DNA of 64,000 nucleotides from Macrostomum lignano (lineage: Eukaryota): assembly GCA_002269645.1 (NCBI GenBank), contig NIVC01001603.1:132528-196527 (forward strand). Direction: 5' to 3'. A program made the position numbers and the translations under genes. Below are positions 1 to 12,000 of the stretch, one piece after another (within the stretch, counting starts at the first letter, position 1; every line of letters starts with the position of its first letter). The notes beneath the pieces are model-generated. The model searched no databases. It had not been told where the DNA came from and worked only from the letters and a program-made list of their open reading frames with translations.

Positions 1-299
1 CCATCGACCTAAACTGAAGTTACTGAATTCGTTTTGGTAAACACAATGAATAATTATGTCTAGTTGAGGATTAAATTTAGGTATCTTACCTACGATTTAT
101 AGAATACGATTTTAGAAACAATACTAATAGCAATATTTTTTATCGTTTTGATGTGTTTTGTTGAATTTACATACATTTAATATAGATCATTGAATATAGC
201 CATACTCGGCAATAGTGCAGTTTCGTTCACGAAATTATTTTTCGTTTAAATTTGAAAGTTCGAAAGGAGAAAACAATAACAACGATGTTTTAAACCATT

Positions 300-1050
300 C
301 TAGCGACTTGCTGCAGTCAGCAAAGCATCAGGAAGGACTCTTTCTTCAAGCGTAGTCACCTGACACTGCAGCAGCTTGTCACCTTGCTGTACTGCTGGGC
401 CAGGAATGAGACCAAGATGGCCGTGATGCACAAGTGTCGCGTTAGCAATCATATGGCTACGGCTGTGGACTGGCTCAACTTTGTTAGAGACATTTGCTAC
501 CAGTACATGGCAATACTTCATTGACCACCCGATGCAACTTGGTGGACTTGGCACTACTGTTGAAATTGATGAAAGCAATTTTTTTCATTGCAAATACCAG
601 CAGGGTGCATACCGACACCGTGAGGGTCATTGGGTCCTTGGCATGGTAGAAAAGGGTAGCCCCAAGTGTGTGATTGTTGTGCCTAACAGGTCTGCTCAAA
701 CACTGCTTCCTGTAATCCAGCAGTTTGTCCTGCCTGTGCCTGGCACATGGATCTTGACTGATGGTTGGCAAGCCTACAACCAAGTGGTGAATGTAGTTGG
801 TGGCCATGGAGACCATGGTGTCTTAAACCATCAATTCCATTTCGTGGACCCAAATGATGCGACTCTCCATACCAACACAATTGAGAGAATATGAGTGCAT
901 TGCAAGGCCAAATTCAGGGCCATGCATGGAACAAGTGATGCCCTCTTTGAGAGCCACATCTAGGAGTTTATGTGATGCCAACTGTTTGGAGCAAACAGAG
1001 CTTTTGGAAACATGCTTTTTTGGATTTGCCATTAGTACAGTGCCTAGTGA
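300..1050 (+). mobile_element. Merlin/IS1595 (ISXO2-like) DDE transposase relic, frameshifted with stops
   Basis: ORF 481-894 has GGxGxxVEIDES, WVLGMVE, VPNRSAQTLLPVI, TDGWQAY, NHQFHFVDP and HTNTIE, typical Merlin/IS1595 motifs. An upstream frame reads SIRKDSFFKRSHL...VDWLNFVRDIC with a frameshift near 500-515. After 894 the frame continues through stops (KAKFRAMHGTS...ESHI*EFM*). TIRs not found. Confidence 0.85.
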
Positions 1051-2190
1051 CAAGCTCTGTATCCTGGGTTTTTTTTGCCAGAGACAAGGTGCAAAATCGC
1101 ACTTTGTGCCAAATTTCAAGATGCGATTTTAAGGCTCAGAGTGCAATTTCTCTTGAGTCTTGTTTCAGACAACTGGGAATGTATATTTTAATATTTTACA
1201 TAAGGCTATAGCCATAGGCTATATCGCCCATATGACTTAATAGGATTTAAAGAGTGATTTTGTGTCATATTTTAAGGCAGTGCATGAAAAATAGCTTAAG
1301 CATGGCTAAGCCTTTAAAGAAAAATGGTTATAAGACCGCACTTAAACCGCATCTACTTTTTTAATTTTAGGGTGCAATTTTAAAATTTAGGGTGCATATG
1401 CACACTCTGCGCACAAAAAAACCCTGTCTGTATCTGCCACTAGAACACAATGACGAGTTGGAAAGTTCAGCAAACAGGGAGCTAAAAACTCTGCCAAAAT
1501 TGTTAGAATGGTTTAAAACATCAATTTTTATTATTGTTATTGTTTTCTGCTTTTGAACTTTCAAATTTAAATGAAAAATAATTTCGCAAACAAAACTGCA
1601 CTATTACCCTATACTCAGAGATACTTAAACATTAGATGGGTTACTTAATACAAATTTGCTTTATTATCTATGGCCATACTAGTCTAGGCCTAGCCCTAGG
1701 CCTACTTAATACTTAATACTCACATAGGTAAATGAGTTAAATCAGTGCATGTTTTATGATACAAGCTGGTAGTGGTAGGCCTACAGCTAATAGAAGTTAA
1801 TCCAACTGACACATACATGCGCAACCTCCAAAATTTGGTCGGCCATGCAACTTAGTTTTAACAAAAATACAATGTAGTTTTTGGCCAAAAATGCAAAAAA
1901 ACCTAAAGCAAAATTAACTTTGGGTAAACGACAAGAGTAACTATGTCTTATTAAGCCAAAAGGCCTCGTCAGCTACTTAGTACTACTACTTGGGTGTTTT
2001 TTCGAGTGGGCATGTTTTATGATGTATGCAACTTCCTTGGTTGGCTGCCAAAATCGGTCAGCCATATTGGTTGACTCAGCCGACTATTGCGCATGTATGA
2101 ATTGACAGATTTTCAAAATTATATGGAATATATGGAATGGGCCAGCGTAATTTTAGGCATTGCCAATTTTGGCTTGAGTAAAGTACTTAC

Positions 2191-2532
2191 TTGATCACAG
2201 CACAAGACTGACTATTCTGAGCTATAGGACTTCTTCTCTGCTTTACCAGGAGCAGAGCTGAGCTGTGCATCAAGAGTAGAAGCACACAGTGCCGCCTCAA
2301 GGCGCTTCTTCTCTCAGAAATGGCACATTCGCTCCTTCGCCTGGTTGTGCTGCTTGCAAATTTGCTAGGTATCAGCAATCTCTTGGCAAGCCTGGCTTCT
2401 TTACTTCTCAGCCTCTCGATAGGCGTCGCCTCTCCTCTGTTGAAAGGCCTGCTGCAGTTCACCAAGCGTCTTCTTCACCATCCTTATAGTCATCTAGAGC
2501 CTATCAGGGACTTGGCTAGAGTAGCAGAAATG
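2191..2532 (-). pseudogene. Decayed 342-bp phase 0-0 exon encoding a Q/E/K/R-rich coiled-coil-like peptide, five in-frame stops
   Basis: On the minus strand it is bounded by tttcag and gtaagt. 114 codons with no frameshift: HFCYSSQVPDRL*MTIRMVKKTLGELQQAFQQRRGDAYREAEK*RSQACQEIADT*QICKQHNQAKERMCHF*EKKRLEAALC... Confidence 0.4.
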
Positions 2533-3599
2533 CTGAAATTAAGAAATCCATACACATTAAAGCAAAAAGGGGTGCAAATATGCCAAGAAATGTCTATGTT
2601 ACGACTAGAAAGGGCATGTTACGACCAGAAGCTTCTGGTCGTAACATGCCCCATCTTATACACATGGTTTAAACAACTGGAAAAACCTTTTTGAATCATA
2701 ATAACTAGCCTGGTTATGTTTATTTGGTAGGTTTCTAGCACTCTGTGAAGCTCCTAGAGTCCTAGTGTCTGCTACAAAATGAAGCACTTTAATCATTATG
2801 GTTGTAACATAGATTTTTCCAAACAAAATTAAGTACCTAGGCGCACTTGTACTAACATAGTTGTAAATATTTTCTTTGAAAAAAAAAAACTTTTATAAGT
2901 AAACAATTTTGGGCCTAAAAAGTCACTTGGCAATACAAATTATCATGTTTCAAAAAAGACCATAAAAATGAAGTATATGGTTCTTTTTTTGAAATAAAAA
3001 ACTTCAAAAACAAAAAAACTTATGCCCAACTAGTATAGGACATAAATGGAGTCTAGAAGTTCATTTCTATATATGTTTACTTGAAAAAAATACTTGTACC
3101 AGTTGAAATACAAAAAAAATTTGTCAAATTTGTCCAAGTTATGTAGAATGAGCCATTTATAAGTATGTTTTATATTTTATAGCTTTATAGGTTAAAATAG
3201 AACTAGTACACAATTAGTATCTAGGTAGCATATAATTAGATTTTTCCCTAAAATATTTTTTAACATATTATTCTCCTTTTCTATCTCTTTGATTTTATTG
3301 TTCATTGTTTAATGTTTATTGAAATTTTATTGAAGTCTCTAGTTTTACTACAAGAACTAGTACCAAGAAAAGAAAATCTCCTTTAATATATAGGCTATTA
3401 AAACCTGTAGATTTTGAAATTATAGAATTATATAATCCCTAGTCCTAGAACTATTTTTGCATATATTATTAAATTTGAAGTCATGCTCAAATAAAAAACT
3501 TGTTAATAGTTAAGATTGTGGCAAACAAAAATTATAATAAATGTACAATTAATTACAATTTGATGCCTTTGAAACTTATCTTAGTTCCCTGTATTTTTC

Positions 3600-4075
3600 A
3601 GCTGTTTCTTCTTCTCTTCTTTTTCTTCTCTTATCTTTCCTCTTCCTGCTTTATTCTTTCTTTACATCTTCTCTCCTTACTATTTTCCCTACTATTCTTT
3701 CCTCTTAACCCTTTGCTCTTATCTTTCTTTTCTTCTCTCTTCTTTTTATTCTATTATATATCTCTCCTCTTTCCATTCCTCTCTCTGTTTTCCCTCTTCT
3801 TTCCCTTCTTCTTTTCTTCCTCTTTTTTTTCTCCTCTCTCCTCTTACCTCTCTTCTCTAGTCTATCTAGTCTAGTCTAATCTATTATTTCTCCTCTCTTC
3901 TCTCTTACAATTTTCACTTTTCTTTTATCTTTTTTCTTCCCCTCTTCTCTTAGCTTTTTTTCATTTTACTTCCCTCTTCTCTCCTTTTATCATCTATGTT
4001 TTTTCTCTGATCCCTTTCCTCACCCTGTCTCTCTTTTCTGATTGTCTATTCCTTCTCCTTTCTACTCTCATCTAG
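3600..4075. repeat. CT-rich low-complexity polypyrimidine tract
   Basis: Near-pure C/T sequence; the source of spurious ORF 3500-3874. Confidence 0.8.
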
Positions 4076-4710
4076 CCTACAGCCATGAGCTAGATTCTTT
4101 GTCTGGCCCTTGAGTTATGTCTGCTGTCCCCTGTTTCAAAAGCCAGTTTGTGAGTCATAATATTCTCATGGTTGTTTTGTTCTATTATCCATTTGCTGAC
4201 TGCTTTGATCACATTATCTTTCTAACCAATTTGCAGCCCTATAAGGAATTTCTATATCTCTAGCAACTTTTAACAATCAAGCAACTTAATACATTTCTTT
4301 GGAGGCATTAAAATTCCAAAGTGCATTTAAGTTTAACTTTCATGGTATAACTAATTTAGTAGAAATATTTTACTAGGCTTTTTCATAAATTTTCACTTTT
4401 ACAAACAAAATATATTGCATTGCCTTGATTTGCCCTCTTCCTTATTTACAGTTGAACTGCAAAATTGCTTATATAGAGGACAATGATAAGAATTTCTCTC
4501 TTAAATTCCATGGCTAAAAGTAGTCTCTCTATATATAGGATGCAAAAAGGCAATAATTTTTTTCCAAAACATTTTACATTGATTGCTATATACACTAAGC
4601 CTTATCATTTGACCCCTTTCTCTGGGAGTTAAGTGAGTGAAAGTGGTCAAACATTAAAAAGTAGATAAACTTCAAATAATTACAATATCCATTACAATTA
4701 ATGGCAAACA

Positions 4711-5005
4711 GGGTTGTAGCCTAGTAGTCAAGGCATTAGACTTACAACTTAAAGGTTGGGGTTCAATTCTTGACTCACTTAGATCAATTTGTGTCCTTTA
4801 ACAAGACACTTAACTCTGCATTGCTTTAGTTCACCTAGCTGTAAAATGGGTACCAGCATTAGCTGATGTAATTAAAGGTGTGTGGCAACCCCCCAGTCTT
4901 TTGGACTGAACAGCCATATGTAGCCTTCAGGTACACCACACAATAGCTTTGGCTAAGCTGTCATTTGGACATCTGCCTATTAGGACAGGTGTAATCAATT
5001 GTATT
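4711..5005 (+). mobile_element. tRNA-derived CORE-SINE copy 1 (heavily C>T/G>A mutated)
   Basis: Degenerate A/B boxes, then the CORE-like block caagacacttaactctgcattgctttagttcacctagctgtaaaatggg, then a 3' caggtgtaatcaatt and AT-rich tail shared with the other copies. Confidence 0.85.
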
Positions 5006-6051
5006 ATTATATTCATACATGCCTAACACCCATCCAACCTATCCAAACCAGATAGGTGAAATGGCTGCTGGCCAAGGTAAGTTGCATAATACTACAAGAA
5101 GAAAAAAAGGAAAAGAAAAGAGAGAAAGAAGAAAGAGGAGAGAGAAAGAGAAAAAGTCATATACAAAAGTGAAAATTAGGTCGCAATCAGGGAAATTAAG
5201 TTGCAATCAGAAGGAACTAAATCACAATTGGGAGGAACTATGTCACAAATCTGAACAAAGCTAATAAGTTGCACTAGACAGGTAAACTTTTGAGGTTGTG
5301 CATATATGATTATATTATAATTATTACAATTAAGTTATTTATTTGTAACTTTTAATTGAAATAGAATAAGTCAATAAAGAATTGTGTCTAATTTAAAGTC
5401 AATTGCTTTATGTAGGGCAAACTTATGGCAATCTCGTAGTCAACTTTGAAACCTATTTTGCCACATCATGCCAAATAAAAAAGAGAAAGGCAGAGGTTGG
5501 GGTGATTAATATGCTGACAATAAGCCAAATAACTTTGAAAGTATATTTTGCCATTTATAATTAATTTTGAGGTCAAAATTTTACACAATTGTTTTAAATT
5601 AGTTGAAGTTGTTTGTGTCAAATTTGAAAACAATAAGTAAATGTTAAAGCAATGCTATGGAGGATTTAGTAACAAATTGCACTTTTTAGCAGTTTTTGTA
5701 CTTTTAGGTAAAAAGACTTCAATTTAGAAAATTTTATAAAGTAGCGCTTTTGCCCTAGTGAATTTCAGGTGGGTACAAAATTTGGTGTCATTAGTTAAGT
5801 GGTTGTGGAGTCCATAGCAAACAAAATTATACACACATGTACATAGAGTTTTCATTTTTTTATAAATTCCTGAGATTGCTAGAAAAGCCAGCATCTCCAT
5901 CTTTATCAGAGTGCGGCGCTAGACCACTGGGCCCCCTTTAATAACTGAGCTAATCTGTCCCCAACTTGTAGTTACCTATTGTATTTGTGCATAGAATCTT
6001 TTAAAATTCCTTCATTTGTTATTGCCCTTGAACAATTTCAGTGACAACAAA

Positions 6052-9000
6052 ATGGCTCTATTAAAGAACATCAGAATATTTGAAAAAGCTAGCACAGATC
6101 CCACTCTGCATAGCCTCATAATGCAGCACAAAAGCCGATCTGAGTCTGTCCTGTTTCAAAACAATCTAATCGCCACGCTGAGCGAAGTCGAGACGCAGAA
6201 TTTATTGAAAGACTACACCAGAGTGCTGGATGCGTACGCATGTTTAGGCGTTCTAGCTGTCAACACGCCGAAAAATGAAACTGTCAATTTTCTCATATTG
6301 GTCACGGCATGCGTTTCTGTTGGTAAACTGCCAGACTTTGAGGTGCACAAAATCACTCGAGTAAGCTGTGTTAGTTTGCGAAATTGTCCTACAGACGCCC
6401 AGCTGGTGTCTGAGATACAGAAACTGTTGATGTCGGAGATTTTCTACTTTGCCAGAACCTCGGATGATAAGCCGTATGATTTGACTGTAAGCCGGTGGTA
6501 TTGCTCTTGGCTCTGATTTTTATTAGATTAGTGTTATTTTGTAGTATGCTGTTATTTCACCCATCATTGGATAGATCATTATCCTTCGTTATTTACTAGA
6601 TTAGCAATCCATTCCATTCTAATTTAATCCATATATTATTTACTAGATTAGCAATCCATTCCATTCTAATTTAATCCAACATAATTGACTAAATTAGCAA
6701 TCCATTCCATTCTAATTTAATCCAACATAATTGACTAGATTAGCAATTCATTCCATTCTAATTTAATCCAACATAATTGACTAGATTAGCAATCCATTCC
6801 ATTTTAATTAAATCATACCTAATTGACTAGATTAGCAATCCATTCCATTCTAATTTAATCCATACATTATTGACTATATAATCGATCCTAGTTATTCATA
6901 TTTCCTATACGAGTACTAATATCTAACCACCCAGGTATCCGTGCAAAACGCTCATTCGGGCAAGTCACGTGACAATCGGTTCTTCTGGAATCGCGGCTTG
7001 CACCGCCTATTCGGTCAGTTTGGTGTCCCAGCCAACGATTGGCTTGTGTACGCCATCTGCGGCGGGGTGGAAGTGAAGACCATCTACTGCGGTGAGAAAC
7101 AGGTGAGGCTAGTTTCCAGTTGTAGCCTATTGATAAGAGCGTCGGACTCATGACTTGAAAGTCGGGGGTTCGATTCCCGATCGTCTCACTAGAACAATTT
7201 ATATCCTGGAGCAAGACACTTAACTCTTCATTGCTTCAGTTCTCCCAGCTGTAAAATGGGTGCCAGCATTAGCTGGGGTAATTGAGGGTCTGTGTGTGGC
7301 GACCCCCCAGTCCTTGGACTGAACAGCAATAGCTGCGGCTGAGCTGTCGGTTACACATCTGCCTGTAAGGGCAGGTGTAATAAACTACAATATTATTAAT
7401 ATTATTATTATTAATTGAATAGTTCTTTCCATCGACGATATAAATTTCTGAGAATACGAAATGAATCACACTCTGTCTAGCATGTTATTTATAGCACCAT
7501 TTTTAAAGGTATTAATAATGAGTTCTGTGCTCAAATATGCTTTTATCGTAATTATCTGTTGTAAAAATAAATCTAGTTGATATAAATAGTTTTCCAGCAA
7601 ATTAGGTGACGATGTTATTTTGTACTTTTTGCTGAATAAAATTCCTCATTTATACATTCATGCTAATCAAGGCCATTCACGGTAAAAATTATTGAATGTT
7701 TTTGGCTTGCACTGTTTGACTGCATAATTTCTATTACTTATGTCTTAACTTATCTTCATCAAGTGTCTTTAAATGTTTTATTTGTGTTTTCTCGATGGCT
7801 CTAAGAGTGAAGTTTATCTTAAGATCATCATCTTAAGATTATCCCAGATCCCCATGTTAAAATCATCCTAGATCCTCGTGTTAAGTTAATGCCAGATCCT
7901 CATGTTAAGATAATCCCAGATTTTCATTTTAAGATTATCCCAGATCATTTTAGGATCCTCAGTTTCAAGCTTTAAAAAATAATTACAGGTCTTGAATGTT
8001 GAATAATTGTCAGCGGGGCTTAACGTCTGAAGTACTCCTAAGCCCTTGCATGTACATATGGTATTTAAACCCGTGCGTAAATTTTTTTATTTATTGTTAA
8101 TCAGTTGCGCAACATTTCTCAATTACATTATAAGAAAGTAGCTTCATATACTTATTTTTCTACTATTCAGTAGGCAGTTTTGTGTATGTAATTAATATTT
8201 GTTAGTGCAATGTTTAAATTTGATGCATTTCGAATCATTTCAATCTGATAATAAAAATTCCTAATAACTATCCCTAATCCCAGGCTAAAGCTTGCGTCAT
8301 ATCCCGCTTATCTGCCGAGCGAGCCGGCACTCGTTTCAACGTTCGTGGCGCCAACGACGATGGTAAAGTGGCGAATTTCTGCGAAACCGAACAGATCATC
8401 TATCTAGACGATGCCGTCACGTCTTTCCTGCAGACTCGCGGCTCAGTGCCGCTGTTCTGGGAGCAGCCGGGCCTGCAGATTGGCAGTCATCGGATTAAAA
8501 TGTCTCGCGGATTTGAGGCCAGCAGTCACGCGTTTGTGCGCCATTTGAAGATGATGAAATCTCTGTACGGCAGTGTGGCTATTGTTAATCTACTGGGCTG
8601 CAAGGAGGGAGAGCAGGTGATTGGGCGGTTACTGATTACTGTGGACTATATATGCCCCCTTTTGTATAGTTTTTTATATATTTTCTATGATAGGTGCGAT
8701 TTCTGTGTAATCATCTCCATAAAGGGTGAGATTTTCTTTACCTCTTATCTCCATATCAGAAAGGGTGAGATTTCCTTCACCTCTTATCTCTATATCGTAA
8801 AGGGTGGGATTTCCTTCACCTCTTATCTCCATATCATAAAGGGTGAGATTTCCTTCACCTCTTATCTCCATATCATAAAGGGTGAGATTTCCTTCACCTC
8901 TTATCTCTATATCGTAAAGGGTGGGATTTCCTTCACCTCTTATCTCCATATCATAAAGGGTGAGATTTCCTTCACCTCTTATCTCCATATCATAAAGGGT

Positions 9001-12000
9001 GAGATTTCCTTCACCTCTTATCTCCATATCATAAAGGGTGAGATTTCCTTCACCTCTTATCTCTATATCGTAAAGGGTGGGATTTCCTTCACCTCTTATC
9101 TCCATATCATAAAGGGTGAGATTTCCTTCACCTCTTATCTCTATATCGTAAAGGGTGAGATTTCCTTCACCTCTTATCTCCATATCATAAAGGGTGAGAT
9201 TTCCTTCACCTCTTATCTCCATATCATAAAGGGTGAGATTTCCTTCACCTCTTATCTCCATATCATAAAGGGTGAGATTTCCTTCACCTCTTATCTCCAT
9301 ATCATAAAGGGTGAGATTTCCTTCACCTCTTATCTCCATATCATAAAGGGTGAGATTTCCTTCACCTCATCTCCATATCATTAAGGGTGAGATTTCCTTC
9401 ACCTCTTATCTTCATAAAGGGTGAGATTGTCTCGGTCTCGAATCTCTGTAAGGGATGAGATTGCCATAATCTGTTATCTTCCCAAGGCGTGAGATTTTCA
9501 TAATCTGTAGTCTTACCATGGGGTGAGATTTCCATAGGCTGTCATCTTCCCAAAAGGTGAGATTTCCTAAATATGTCATCTTCCAAAGGGGTCAGATTTC
9601 CATAATCTTGAATCTTCCAAAGGGGTGAGATTTCTATATCTGTCATCTTCAAAAGGGGTGAGATTTTCCTAATATACCAATTTGGCAATGCCGCAGGTTC
9701 TATCAAAATCCTACCGAGATCACCACCGAGACAGAAGCCGCCTGTGCTCAGACGTGCCCTATGTAGAATTCGACTATCACACGGAGTGCCCGGGCGGTAA
9801 CCCGGCTCGTCTGCCGGATTTGTTGCAAAAAATTCGCGACTACATCGGCAGGTGCGGCTATTTTGTCGCTTTTTCGTCGTCGAGAGCGAGCCCGGAAAAT
9901 GATCAGCTGAGGCGTCAGCATTCCTCACAGACTGGCGTTGTTAGGACTAACTGCGTTGACTGTTTGGATAGGACTAACGCTGTGCAGACTGTCTTCGGTA
10001 TTGAGGTCAGGATTGTCTTGTAGTATCAGGGACTAGAGGGATTTCCTGGATTATTTTCAATCTTAACTGATTACTGAGTTTAGCAATTTCTTTTATTCGT
10101 GTAAATTATCCCCAGGTTATGGGATTAAGGATTTGTAGGATTAATACTATCACAGTTGATTTGTATGGGGATTTGTAGGATTAATATTATCCCAATTGAT
10201 TTGTATGGGGATTTGTAGGATTAATATTATCCCAATTGATTTGTATGGGGATTTGTAGGATTAATATTATCCCAATTGATTTGTATGGGGATTTAAAGGA
10301 TTAATATTATCCCAATTGATTTTTATGGGGATTTTTAGAGTTAATAATATTCCAATTGATTTGTATGGGGATTTGTAGGATTAATATTATCCCAATTGAT
10401 TTTTATGGGGATTTATAGCATTAATATTATCCCAATTGATTTTTATAGGGATTTTTAGGGTTAATATTATCCCAATTGATTTGTATGGGGATTTGTAGGG
10501 TTAATATTATCCCAATTGATTTGTATGGGGATTTGTAGGATTAATATTATCCCAATTGATTTGTATGGGGATTTGTAGGGTTAATATTATCCCAATTGAT
10601 TTGTATGGGGATTTGTAGGATTAATACTATCCCAATTGATTTTTATGGGGATTTGTAGGATTATTATTATCCCAATTGATTTGTATGGGGATTTGTAGGA
10701 TTATTATTATCCCAATTTATTTGTATGGGGATTTGTAGGATTATTATTATCCCAATTGATTTGTATGGGGATTTGTGGGATTATTATTATCCCAATTGAT
10801 TTGTATGGGGATTTGTAGGATTAATATTATGCCAATTGATTTGTATGGGGATTTATAGGATTAATATTATCCCAATTGATTTGTATGGGGATTTGTAGGA
10901 TTAATATTATCCCAATTGATTTGTATGGGGATTTAAAGGATTAATATTATCCCAATTGATTTTTATGGGGATTTTTAGGGTTAATATTATCCCAATTGAT
11001 TTGTATGGGGATTTGTTGGATTATAATATTGTCCCAATTGATTTGTATGGGGATTTGTTGGATTATAATATTGTCCCAATTGATTTGTATGGGGCTTTGT
11101 AGGATTATAATATTATCCCAATTGATTTGTATGGAGATTTGTAGGATTAATATTATCCCTATTGATTTGTATGGGGATTTCTGGGATTAATATTATCCCA
11201 ATTGATTTTATGGGGATTTGTGGGATTAATATTATCCCAATTTATTTGTATGAGGATTTTGTAGGATTAATATTATCCCAATTGATTTGTATGGGGATTT
11301 ATAGGATTATTATCCGAATCGATTATGGTGTGTATTGTAAGGATTTTTATCCCCATTGATTATGTTGTGTATTTTAAGGATTAATTATCCCAGTTAATTA
11401 TGGCGGGGATTTGTAAGATCCTCTCGCCTTTCTATTTATCTTCTATTATTCTCTCTATTCGCCTCTCTATTCCCACCCAACGCAGCTGATGCTGCACAAC
11501 CAGCTGGAGTCGCTAGGCCTGTCATCCGAGCAATTAGCCAAACGATTCAGCGACGCTTTCCGCGAGATGTGGCTGCAGAACGGCGACTCAGTCAGCAGGA
11601 TTTACGCCGGCACCGGGGCCCTTGGCGGTGGCCGTTCAAAGATCAAAGACGCCGCCCGGACTGGTTCCAGAACCATACAGAATAATTTCCTAGACAGTTC
11701 CAAGCAGGAAGCTATGGATTTATTAATTCATAATTCTACTCTGCGAGGAGATCTAGCCTCCCGAGCGAGTGCTTTGCTGCCGAAATCGTTTCTACATTTA
11801 CCGCCGCGTCAGCTAAGCTACCTGTTAGCCAGTCACGAAGAGTTCACGGATGTCACTCCGGCTAGGGTGTTTGTTGGCACCTGGAATGTCAATGGCGGTA
11901 AACATTTTCGAAGCCTGGCTCATAGGGACGCGTCGCTGCGCGATTGGCTGGTTAATCTGCCAGAGATTAGCAGGACCAGCGCCCCGAACTGCATTCACTC

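Noticed and set aside
8368-9384. 338-aa ORF with 13-aa repeats as a novel repeat protein
   Set aside because: Only 8284-8616 is synaptojanin exon 3; the rest is read-through into a 39-bp intronic minisatellite.
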